Below, one piece after another: positions 6,940 through 14,809 of a stretch of 41,608 nucleotides of DNA. Both the position numbers and the translations under genes were made by a program. The stretch's first letter is position 1. Each line of letters opens with the position of its first letter. The notes beneath the pieces were generated by a model, which saw only the letters and a list, made by a program, of their open reading frames with translations, did not search any database and was not told the origin of the DNA. Origin of the DNA: a virus; IMG/VR virus record IMGVR_UViG_3300032080_000012, positions 1-41,608 of that record; one strand, written 5' to 3'.

Positions 6940-9144
6940 TCAGGGCCTGGGTATGGTGCCGGCGTATGGGCGGACGACGACACCGGAATACGGGCGAGGG
7001 ATCCGCTTACGCACCCGTGGCGAGTGGGCCGCGCCGGTCGCGGTGGCCACGCCTGCGAGCGCCGAGCCAGGCCCACCGATCAGCACGCTCGGATCGACGG
7101 CTGCACCGGTGGACTCCGCGGCGCCGGCGAAGACCTGAACCGCGGCGGTCGCACCGTTCGCCTCGGCCGTAGCGGTCGCCTCGCCGGCAGGGGCCGCCGT
7201 GCCAGCGAACGTCGAGACCGTGGGGTCGAGTGCCTGCCCGGTCGCCGTGCCGACGCCCGCGTCTACAGTCATCGCGGTGGTCGGCGTCTGGGCCGTGCCC
7301 GATCCGGTCGCTTCGCCGGCCGGGGCGGACGCCGACGAGCTGGTCGTGACGGTCGGGCCGGACGTGGTGCCGACCGCGGTGGCGTCCGCTGCGTTGGTGC
7401 CGAGCGCAGCCGCGGGGTCCTGGGCTACGCCGGCGGCGGCCGCGGCGGTGGCGTTCGCGCTGACGGCGGAAGCGGTTGAAACAGTGGCGTCGAAGGCGGC
7501 GGCCGCGCCCTCGACCGGGTTGTCCGCGATCAGGTCCAGGCTGATCGACGCCCCGGAGTCCCACTCCGCCGTGCCGACGCCCGTCGGGGTGCCGGCGTTG
7601 ACGGTTGAGCCGACCGACGGCGTCTGGGCCGCGCCGGTCGCGGCCGCGGTGGCAGTGTTCGCTCCGGCTGCGGCGGCCGGTGTCTGCGCGCTGCCGGTCG
7701 CGGTGGCCTCGGTGCTGTTGGCGGCGATTGCGGCGGTAGGGCTTTGGGCCGCGCCGGTCGCTGGTGCCTCACCGGCGGACGGGGAGCCGCCCGCGGCGGT
7801 GGAGAAGACGACATCGACGAAGTAGCAGGAACCGCCGCCGTTGGAGTTCGGGTAGCCGAGCGTCGCGTCGATCCGGTACGTGCCCTGGTCGATGACGAAG
7901 CCGCCGACCGTGTCGCCGTCGGCGTCGGCGGTGATGTCGCCGTTGACCAGGTCGGAGGTGAAGAACGACGACGTCGCGACGTAACGGCCGTCGCCGGAGA
8001 AGATGACCGCCCGGTACGGGACACCTGCAGTGACCGAGACCGGTGTGATTGGGACTGTGTTCCACGCGCTAGGCGTCGGCGCGCCGCCCATCGTGGCGCT
8101 GCCGAGCAGCGTGCCCGTGCCCGGGTCGGACCCGTCAACCGAGTAGAACGCCGCGGTGTAGGTGCCAGAGACACTGCTGCTCGCGTAGAACGCGATGTCG
8201 GAGACCTGGCCGGCCTGCGCGAAGCGGACGGTCGTGGCGGTAGCGATACCAGGCGCGCCGTCGGAGAAGCTGCCCGCCGGAGTCTGGCTGGTGAACAGCG
8301 ACTGCGTGCCGCTGCCGGACGTGCTCACCGTGGGGGCGTGGGCAACGCCGGCCGCCGTCGCCTCGCCCGCGGCTGGCGCGCCCGAGGACGAGGCTGTCGC
8401 GCCGAACGCCGTGCCCGCGGCTGTGCTCTCCGTGGCGGCGACGGCGACCGCGGTGGTCGGGGTCTGCGCTGCGCCCGTGCCGGCAGCCTCGCCTGCGGCG
8501 GGGCTCGCACCGGCCGAACCGAGCACCTCGACGGCGGCGACGGTGAACGCCGTACCGGGCAGGCTGGTCGTGCCGTACGCGGTGGTGCCGGTCGCGCCCT
8601 GGTCGCCCCAGTGCGCGACGACCGCGGTCGCGCCGGCATTCGTCTGGGCGACCAGCTGCGTCTGCCCGGCCGGAGTCCAGCCGATACCGCTCGTGCCGGA
8701 AGCCGACCAGTCGGCGGCCCAGCCGACGACCGCGGAGTTCGCCTGGGTGCGGGTGACGCTGACCGTCTCGGTCCCGTCGACACCCGCCTTGTTCGTCCGC
8801 GCGAACCCGGTGCAGCCTCCGTACGCGAACGCGTAGATGCCGCGCATCGCCACGCCGGTACCGCCGGCCCGGGTCGCGGTGACCGCACTGGAACCGGACG
8901 AGCCGGCCGTCGCCGACCAGGCGTGCAGCCAGCACGAGTTGCTGGGCGTGACCGCCGAACCCAGCGCGGAGAACGTCAGGCCCGTCGCGGTCGGGGTGTT
9001 CAGGGTGAAGCTCTGGTCCTCGGTCATCGCCACGACCAGGATCCGGTCGCCCGAGTTCCAGGTCAGCGTGCCGGTGACCTCGCTGACCGCGGCGTTGTCC
9101 GTGTAGTCCGAACCAGCACTTGAGGTCAGCGTCGGAGCCGCCAC
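6940..9144 (-). CDS. large DUF4082-like domain protein flanked by about 20-aa Ala/Thr/Gly repeats (putative surface adhesin/fibre)
   Basis: 734 aa. The central segment SLFTSQTPAGSFSDGAPGIATATTVRFAQAGQVSDIAFYASSSVSGTYTAAFYSVDG...GGGSCYFVDVVFST parallels the DUF4082 consensus, including the terminal Y-[WF]-VDVVF. On both sides are repeats such as PAGEATATGAAQTPT / ATGSAQTPAAA / GVAQDPAAA. Confidence 0.7.
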   Translation of the reverse strand: MAAPTLTSSAGSDYTDNAAVSEVTGTLTWNSGDRILVVAMTEDQSFTLNTPTATGLTFSALGSAVTPSNSCWLHAWSATAGSSGSSAVTATRAGGTGVAMRGIYAFAYGGCTGFARTNKAGVDGTETVSVTRTQANSAVVGWAADWSASGTSGIGWTPAGQTQLVAQTNAGATAVVAHWGDQGATGTTAYGTTSLPGTAFTVAAVEVLGSAGASPAAGEAAGTGAAQTPTTAVAVAATESTAAGTAFGATASSSGAPAAGEATAAGVAHAPTVSTSGSGTQSLFTSQTPAGSFSDGAPGIATATTVRFAQAGQVSDIAFYASSSVSGTYTAAFYSVDGSDPGTGTLLGSATMGGAPTPSAWNTVPITPVSVTAGVPYRAVIFSGDGRYVATSSFFTSDLVNGDITADADGDTVGGFVIDQGTYRIDATLGYPNSNGGGSCYFVDVVFSTAAGGSPSAGEAPATGAAQSPTAAIAANSTEATATGSAQTPAAAAGANTATAAATGAAQTPSVGSTVNAGTPTGVGTAEWDSGASISLDLIADNPVEGAAAAFDATVSTASAVSANATAAAAAGVAQDPAAALGTNAADATAVGTTSGPTVTTSSSASAPAGEATGSGTAQTPTTAMTVDAGVGTATGQALDPTVSTFAGTAAPAGEATATAEANGATAAVQVFAGAAESTGAAVDPSVLIGGPGSALAGVATATGAAHSPRVRKRIPRPYSGVVVRPYAGTIPRP

Positions 9145-9153
9145 GCAGGCCTC

Positions 9154-10035
9154 CTACGGCGAGGGAATCGACTCGCCGTCGACGAAGGCGTTGTCGGTCC
9201 AGGTGATGCCGGTCGTCTGCTCGACGTCGATCGGCCCGAACGCGTGCTCGCGGGTCCACCGACACCCGACCACCGTGACGTTGGTGATGTCGCCTGCGCC
9301 GGCGTCGCCGCGGAACTGCATCGCGTACCCGCCGCGGTCGAGGCCGCAGTACCGCACGTCGATGTCCTGCGCGGCCCCAGCTTCAGTGCCGACCCGGAAC
9401 GCCTGACTCGCGCCCGGCCCGGTGCCGGCGGAGATCCACGAGTGGTAGAACGTGGCCCGACCGATGTCAGTGCACTGCACGCCGTCGGAATGCATCTCGG
9501 CCGTGGCCCCGAACGCGACGAAGTTGGAGCCGCTCGCCACGCAGTAGTACCAGCCCGACCAGGCGTCCTCCGCGCCGCGCATGTCCGAGTCGATGACCCA
9601 GCAGTGGCCGCCGAGCAGGCACTTGTCGGTGGTTCCGAGCCCGCCGCCGTCGAAGTTGCACCGGTTGAACACGACCAGCGGCTGCATGACGTTCGCCGTC
9701 GCGCCGGCCCCGTTCACCTCGACACACCAGTTGCCGATGCCCTCGAACGAGCACTCGTCGAACAGGTACGTCACGCCCGACCCCGGCCCAGGGGTGATGG
9801 TGTCGGTGAAGCGGATGTGCCGCCACACGCTGACGTCCAGCTCGACGCTGGCGGCGGTGACCGGGTGCGTGATGACGAACGTCTCGGTTGCCGTCGGGGA
9901 GCCGAGAGTGGACCGGCTGGTCAGAGTCGTGCCGGTCGGGACGCCCACCTGGGTGCCGCGGGTGAACGCGGCTGTCGGCGCCGCAACGTCCGGCGACAGG
10001 TTGAAGTGGGCCGTGTTCTTGACCGCGACGGGCAT
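9154..10035 (-). CDS. right-handed beta-helix (pectate-lyase-fold)-like protein, putative glycan depolymerase/spike
   Basis: ATG at 10035 (residue 105 of track ORF), sharing its A with the upstream TGA (TGATG). Repeated rung-like motifs: FDECSFEG, FNRCNFDGG, VIDSDMRG, GSNFVAFG, FYHSWISAG, VRYCGLDRGG, VVGCRWT. Fold inferred from the pattern only. Confidence 0.55.
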   Translation of the reverse strand: MPVAVKNTAHFNLSPDVAAPTAAFTRGTQVGVPTGTTLTSRSTLGSPTATETFVITHPVTAASVELDVSVWRHIRFTDTITPGPGSGVTYLFDECSFEGIGNWCVEVNGAGATANVMQPLVVFNRCNFDGGGLGTTDKCLLGGHCWVIDSDMRGAEDAWSGWYYCVASGSNFVAFGATAEMHSDGVQCTDIGRATFYHSWISAGTGPGASQAFRVGTEAGAAQDIDVRYCGLDRGGYAMQFRGDAGAGDITNVTVVGCRWTREHAFGPIDVEQTTGITWTDNAFVDGESIPSP

Positions 10036-10541
10036 CAGACCGTGATGCGCAGGATCCCGTTGGCGGCCCACACGATCGTGAACGTTCCCGCCGTGACCGA
10101 CTGCGCCCCGCCGAAGCTGTTGAAGCAGACGCCCTGGTCGGCGATGCCGCCGGTGCCGGCCGTGATCGTGTCGTCGTAGACGAGGCAGCCGTAGGCGTTC
10201 GACAGGGTGACGTTGCCGCCGCCGGCCGTGTCGGCGGCGTCGAACATGAACACGCCGGTCGCCGGGTTGGTCAGCGTCTTCGATGCTAGGGTGCGGCCGG
10301 TCGCCGTCCAGTTGGTGGCGTCGGTGACCTCGTTGCCGGTCGTCCACGTGCCCGTGTTGTAGCCGGTCGAGGTGAGCGCGGCATCCTTGTCGGGGGTGAC
10401 CGTGTTGTTGAACAGGGCCACCTTGACGGTGTCCGCACCCAGGCCCGCGTACCCGGCCGGGAGAACCGCGGCGGTCTGACCCTGGCCGAAGATGGCGAGG
10501 GGCCAGGCCCGGAAGATTGCGCTGCTACTGCCGAAGGCCAT
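10035..10541 (-). CDS. beta-rich virion-surface/fibre-like protein (hypothetical)
   Basis: 168 aa, Thr/Gly/Asn-rich (..VKVALFNNTVTPDKDAALTSTGYNTGTWTTGNEVTDATNWTATGRTLASKTL..GTFTIVWAANGILRITV). Translationally coupled on both sides (TAATG upstream, TGATG downstream). Confidence 0.5.
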   Translation of the reverse strand: MAFGSSSAIFRAWPLAIFGQGQTAAVLPAGYAGLGADTVKVALFNNTVTPDKDAALTSTGYNTGTWTTGNEVTDATNWTATGRTLASKTLTNPATGVFMFDAADTAGGGNVTLSNAYGCLVYDDTITAGTGGIADQGVCFNSFGGAQSVTAGTFTIVWAANGILRITV

Positions 10542-10690
10542 TACGACCCGTCCTCTCCGGTGGTCTGGCCGTCATCGGCCTGGTCGTTACAGTCGCGCTC
10601 ATCGACGCGCTCGTCGTCCGGCTCGGGAGCCGGAGTGTTGTCCTCGGTGCGGACCATCGGGTTGAAGGCGGCCCCGCCTGCGTCGCTCAT
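10541..10690 (-). CDS. small acidic protein (49 aa)
   Basis: MSDAGGAAFNPMVRTEDNTPAPEPDDERVDERDCNDQADDGQTTGEDGS. The ATG overlaps the upstream stop (ATGA) and its TAA overlaps the next ATG (TAATG), bridging the two neighbours exactly. Confidence 0.5.
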   Translation of the reverse strand: MSDAGGAAFNPMVRTEDNTPAPEPDDERVDERDCNDQADDGQTTGEDGS

Positions 10691-10998
10691 CCGAGCCTCC
10701 CGTGCGCCGTCGGCGCGTACACCGTCACGTCGTTGCCGTCGTCGCGGGTCGTGACCACAGCCATGACCGGGCGGCCGTCGCCGTCGTACTGGACGTCCTC
10801 GCTGCCGATGTAGTCCTCGCGTTCGACCGCCTCGACCTTGGCGCGGGTGCCGGCCGGGACCATCGGGGCAGAAAGGCCGGCCAGACCGGCGCAGTTGTGG
10901 AACCGGGAGTGCGGCTGCGCCTCGCGGGTGACGTCGATTGCCGGGCAGTTCGGGCATTCCCAGCGGCGCTCAGGCACGGTCAGCAGGGCAGCGCGCAT
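10687..10998 (-). CDS. Zn-ribbon-like small structural-module protein
   Basis: 103 aa, from an internal ATG sharing A with the upstream TGA. MRAALLTVPERRWECPNCPAIDVTREAQPHSRFHNCAGL.. (CxxC...HxC). Confidence 0.55.
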   Translation of the reverse strand: MRAALLTVPERRWECPNCPAIDVTREAQPHSRFHNCAGLAGLSAPMVPAGTRAKVEAVEREDYIGSEDVQYDGDGRPVMAVVTTRDDGNDVTVYAPTAHGRLG

Positions 10999-11369
10999 CA
11001 GGCCTCCAGCGTCGACGGCACGGCCGTCCACGACCAGTCCGGCTCGGGGAACGAGTACACCGGCGTCGAACCGGTCGAGTACTTCTTGCGCGCCGCCTCG
11101 AGGATGTCCGCGCGGCGTGCACGGTTGAAGGTGATGGCGTGGTCGTCGATTGTCTCCGATGCGTACCCGGACGGGTTGCCGTAGGCCATCTCGGCCAGCT
11201 CGAGCGCCCACGTCCACAGGTCGTCCGGGACCGGCTCGGTCCATTCGGACAGCCCGGTGGCCGACCCGAGCCACCCCGATGCGACCCGGCGCGCGTTCGT
11301 CGCCGACTCGGCGTCGAGCTCGCGCTGCATGTAGCTGGCGAGCTCGGGCAGGGTGAACAGGTCGGCCAC
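10998..11369 (-). CDS. head-tail connector (gp6-like) protein
   Basis: 123 aa, MADLFTLPELASYMQRELDAESATNARRVASGWL... Size, N-terminal pattern and its slot two genes after the major capsid gene suggest a gp6/gp15-type adaptor. Confidence 0.45.
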   Translation of the reverse strand: MADLFTLPELASYMQRELDAESATNARRVASGWLGSATGLSEWTEPVPDDLWTWALELAEMAYGNPSGYASETIDDHAITFNRARRADILEAARKKYSTGSTPVYSFPEPDWSWTAVPSTLEA

Positions 11370-11375
11370 GGCGGG

Positions 11376-11684
11376 TCAGTCCTTGTTGCCGGCAGCCGGG
11401 CGGGCCCCCGGCTTGGCGGCGGAAGCCTTGGCCGGCGGTCCCGGCTTCGGAGCCACCGGCATGCCGGCCTGGTCGAACTGGACCGGCTGGCCGACCGGGA
11501 CCGCGGCGTCGGCATCGTCCGACCCCTGCTCGGCGACCATGCCCTTGCGGACGAGCTTCTCGACGTCGTCCGGGTGGGTGTCCTTCGGCAGCACGCCGCC
11601 GGTGTAGAACTCCCGCACCACGTCCGAACCGAAGTCGTCCTTCACGCGCGCCGTCAGGTACGGCGCAGTCACGACGAAGCCCAT
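11376..11684 (-). CDS. hypothetical head-module protein
   Basis: 102-aa ORF with a Pro/Ala/Lys-rich C-terminus. The ATG shares its A with the major capsid gene TGA. Confidence 0.55.
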   Translation of the reverse strand: MGFVVTAPYLTARVKDDFGSDVVREFYTGGVLPKDTHPDDVEKLVRKGMVAEQGSDDADAAVPVGQPVQFDQAGMPVAPKPGPPAKASAAKPGARPAAGNKD

Positions 11685-12610
11685 CAGGACACCACCCCGG
11701 TGATCTCCTCGCCAGCGCCGGCTTCCTGCACGATCGGCACCGTCTTGCGGCGACCCTGCAGGTCCCAGGCGTCCAGCTCTTCCTGACGGATCGACTTGAT
11801 CTGAACGGCCAGGTCGGCCACACCGTAGCCAGGCGCGCCGTCGACCTCGTCAGCCATGCCGCCGAGCATGTTCGAGTCGACCACCAGCGCGGTAGTCGTC
11901 AGCGCCGGCGTCTTCAGCACGGTCAGCCCGGCGACGGTCTCGATCATCCCGGTGTAGATCGGGTTGTCCGTGGCCTCGCGGCGCCGCAGCGTCGCGATGG
12001 TGTCGTTGAGCATCAGGTAGGTGTAGGCCTTCGGCGACACGACCAGGGTGTCCGGGCGGTAGCCCTGGTTGCGGTCCTCGATGCGCTGCACGGCGAGCAG
12101 GATGTCGTCGAGCGGCTTGCGGGTCGCGAGCGTCGCCGAGTCCCAGATGCCCGTCGTGGCAGTGTCCGCGAGGGCCGCCTGAATCGCTGACATGGTGACC
12201 GCGTCGACCTGGCGGATGATCGAGTTGACGACCTTCTGCATGCTGCGCGAAATGGCCTGTCCGCCGTAGACGGAGCGGGCGATCTCCTCGTCGGTGAGGC
12301 GGGTCTTCTGACCCCACTTGACGATCGCGGCGACCGCGGCCGTGCCGGTCGGCAGCGACGCGAACGGGTACTCGGACCCGGGCGCCACGGCCTCGACGGT
12401 GCGGTCCGAGACGAACGGCTCGGACTGCTCGTAGGTGACGGCGCCGCCGCTCGAGCGGAACCGCTGGGTGAGGATCTGGTCGGACACGAACCGCAGGTTG
12501 CGGAACGTGCGCAGGATCCGGCCGATGGCGGTCGGGTTCTGCAGGAAGCGGCTGATCGACAGCGTGTCGCCCGAAAGGGTGGGCGCAGCTGCCGGGTAGG
12601 TAGTGGGCAC
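11684..12610 (-). CDS. major capsid protein (HK97-fold type)
   Basis: 308 aa. Sits after the decoration and protease-scaffold genes. Sequence character (..AVTYEQSEPFVSDRTVEAVAPGSEYPFASL...KWGQKTRLTDEEIARSV..) is typical of actinophage major capsid proteins. Confidence 0.8.
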   Translation of the reverse strand: MPTTYPAAAPTLSGDTLSISRFLQNPTAIGRILRTFRNLRFVSDQILTQRFRSSGGAVTYEQSEPFVSDRTVEAVAPGSEYPFASLPTGTAAVAAIVKWGQKTRLTDEEIARSVYGGQAISRSMQKVVNSIIRQVDAVTMSAIQAALADTATTGIWDSATLATRKPLDDILLAVQRIEDRNQGYRPDTLVVSPKAYTYLMLNDTIATLRRREATDNPIYTGMIETVAGLTVLKTPALTTTALVVDSNMLGGMADEVDGAPGYGVADLAVQIKSIRQEELDAWDLQGRRKTVPIVQEAGAGEEITGVVS

Positions 12611-12628
12611 TGCTTACTCCTCTCGGGG

Positions 12629-13015
12629 TTACCGGCGGCCCTGGACGCGCAGCAGCAGCGGCGATCCAGCGGCGGTGGTGGTGGCGGTGCCGATGAGCGT
12701 GCCGGCAGCGGCAGCGGTCGCGATCGTGGCGGTCTTGACCTGGCCGTTGGCATCGGTGACGACGCCCGCGCCGGTAGCCAGCGCGCCGGAAGCTTCGAGT
12801 TCGTGGATGACGCCGTCGATCGGCCACACGGTGACCTTCGCGCCGGAGCCCGCGTCGAACGCGGCCACACCCACGACGTCGGCGGCGTCGGCGCCGGCCA
12901 TCGCGACGGTGCCGTTGCCGGACTCGACGAGCACACGCCGGCCGGTCACGGCCGCCGAGGTGGTCGCGGTCCACGGCTTGGCGCCGCCGGTGAAGACGGG
13001 CTGGTAGTCGGCCAT
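12629..13015 (-). CDS. head decoration / capsid cement protein (DUF2190-like)
   Basis: 128 aa, MADYQPVFTGGAKPWTATTSAAVTGRRVLVESGNGTVAMAGADAADVVGVAAFDAGSGAKVTVWP... resembles DUF2190 proteins found directly upstream of major capsid genes. Confidence 0.65.
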   Translation of the reverse strand: MADYQPVFTGGAKPWTATTSAAVTGRRVLVESGNGTVAMAGADAADVVGVAAFDAGSGAKVTVWPIDGVIHELEASGALATGAGVVTDANGQVKTATIATAAAAGTLIGTATTTAAGSPLLLRVQGRR

Positions 13016-13018
13016 GGC

Positions 13019-14809
13019 TCAGGCCCCCTTCGTCATGGAGCCGGGCGGGAACAGGCCCGCGTACTCGCGGTCGAATTCCTTGTCGTCCAGGTCGGCGTAT
13101 CCCGACGCGGCGATCGCCAGCGCCGAGTTCGGGGTCAGGCCCTCGATGAGCGCCTTCGTGCCCTCGGGGTCGGCGAGCCACAGCTTCGCGAAGTGCGGCT
13201 TCTGTGCCGGGGTGAACTTGCCCTGCTCGACCGCCGACGCGATGACCTTGTCGGCCTCGTCCCGCTTGGCCTGGTCGACGTGCGCGGCGAGACGCTTGAT
13301 GGTGTTCTGCGTCTCCTCCCACACCGACGAGGCGATCAGGACGGTTCCGGGGGTGGTGACCGAAGAGGCCGACACCAGCTGCGGCTCGGGCTCCGGCGTG
13401 GGCGCGGGAACGGCCGCCCGGGTGGGGTTGGGAGCCGGCTTCGGCTCGGGCTGGGACGCGACGAGTCCGGCCGCCGCGATGGCCGCGGTCACCTCGTCGT
13501 CGGAGGCGCCGTCCGGAAGGCCGGCCAGAACCTCTCGATACTTGGCCAGGTACATCCCGGCTCCTTCCGTTGGTGACGGTGGTTCGACCCCCGCGGGGGT
13601 TGCTTCGGTGCTGGCGGCGATCCACTCGGCGCCCGATTCGGCGGCCGCGGCGGATACGAGTTGGCGCAGGTCGGACAGCGACTTCAGCACCGGAATCCCG
13701 GGCGGAGTCGAGCCGAGCAGCGCGAGGCGAGTCAGGGCGAGGGCGTACTCGCGGCCCTTGAAGGTGACGCCGGCAACGCCCTCGATGGAGCGGTGCGGCC
13801 AGCGCGCGGGCGCGGCGGCGGCGACCCACTCGTCGAGCTCGACCAGGTCGCCGAGCAGCACGGGGCCGTCGTCGTCCTCGTCGTAGCGGACGTTGGACAG
13901 CCACCCGAACGCCGGGTCGCCGTCGAAGCGGCGGTCCTGGTGGCCGAAGCCCAACGGGATCTGCTGGCTGCCGGACGCGGCGTAGAAGTCGGCGGCGTCG
14001 CGCAGCATCGCGGCGGTGAATTCGCGAGGGCCGGACGACAGGTGCCAGGTGCCGGGTCGGGCGAGTTCGACGCCGAGGAGCTCGGCCATGTCCCCTCCGT
14101 GGGTGCGCTCGAGGGATGCGGTCACCGGTTCGGCGCCCATGAGGTTGGTGATGGCCTTGGTGAACTTGCCGGCCGCCGAAGCGGAGTCGATGTAGAACGG
14201 CTCGCGGCGTTCGTCGGCACCGTCGGGGGCCGGGTCGATCGCCAGCGACCATGAGCCGCCGGGGCCCAGGTCGGCGCCGCCGGGGGAGTAGTCATCGCCT
14301 TCTTCGCGGGTGAGCTTCCAGTTCACGTCGCCCCATGCGGAGCCACGGACGACGCCGGATGCGATATCCGCCTCAGGGCCGGGCCACTGATCTGCCGGGC
14401 GGTCCTGCTTGTGGGCCTGGCGCAGCTCGCCGCGGAAATCCGAGACGTTCTGCCTGCCGTCGGCCGCCGCCTTCGACACGGCGTCGCGCAGCTCGCGCGC
14501 GCCGGCGGCGTCCAGCTCGACGGTGCGGCCCTTGTTCTCCGCCCGCCACGCCTTGGTGTCGTCCGGGTTGACCACGCCGAAGCGGAGCCTGGAGCCGCCG
14601 GGGCCGTCGATGCGGGCCATCACGACGGATTGGTCGCCCGCGCTGTCGTGGATCCGGGCGCTGCCGCCGAAGGTCTCGCCGGGGCCGAGCCGGATGCGGC
14701 CGGCGAGCTTCAGGGGGTCGCCGGCCGGACCGGGAATGCCGTCGGACCACTGGCCGTCAGGGTCGCGCTTCTGACCCGGACTCCAGGCGGCCATGATCCG
14801 CTCGGTCAT
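13019..14809 (-). CDS. capsid maturation protease / scaffolding fusion protein with an extra N-terminal domain
   Basis: 596 aa. The middle (..ARPGTWHLSSGPREFTAAMLRDAADFYAASGSQQIPLGFGHQDRR..GWLSNVRYDEDDDGPVLLGDL..) resembles Mu gpI-type proteases. Then comes a Pro/Ala linker and a helical C-terminus (..KFTPAQKPHFAKLWLADPEGTKALIEGL..) typical of scaffolds. About 230 N-terminal residues are unassigned. ATGA overlap with the portal stop. Confidence 0.6.
   Translation of the reverse strand: MTERIMAAWSPGQKRDPDGQWSDGIPGPAGDPLKLAGRIRLGPGETFGGSARIHDSAGDQSVVMARIDGPGGSRLRFGVVNPDDTKAWRAENKGRTVELDAAGARELRDAVSKAAADGRQNVSDFRGELRQAHKQDRPADQWPGPEADIASGVVRGSAWGDVNWKLTREEGDDYSPGGADLGPGGSWSLAIDPAPDGADERREPFYIDSASAAGKFTKAITNLMGAEPVTASLERTHGGDMAELLGVELARPGTWHLSSGPREFTAAMLRDAADFYAASGSQQIPLGFGHQDRRFDGDPAFGWLSNVRYDEDDDGPVLLGDLVELDEWVAAAAPARWPHRSIEGVAGVTFKGREYALALTRLALLGSTPPGIPVLKSLSDLRQLVSAAAAESGAEWIAASTEATPAGVEPPSPTEGAGMYLAKYREVLAGLPDGASDDEVTAAIAAAGLVASQPEPKPAPNPTRAAVPAPTPEPEPQLVSASSVTTPGTVLIASSVWEETQNTIKRLAAHVDQAKRDEADKVIASAVEQGKFTPAQKPHFAKLWLADPEGTKALIEGLTPNSALAIAASGYADLDDKEFDREYAGLFPPGSMTKGA

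Noticed and set aside
6940-9144. Diversity-generating retroelement (template/variable repeat pair), considered for the repeat-rich adhesin and for the paralog pairs.
   Set aside because: No reverse transcriptase gene is present anywhere in the closed genome. Differences between repeat copies and between paralogs involve all base types rather than adenine-specific changes.
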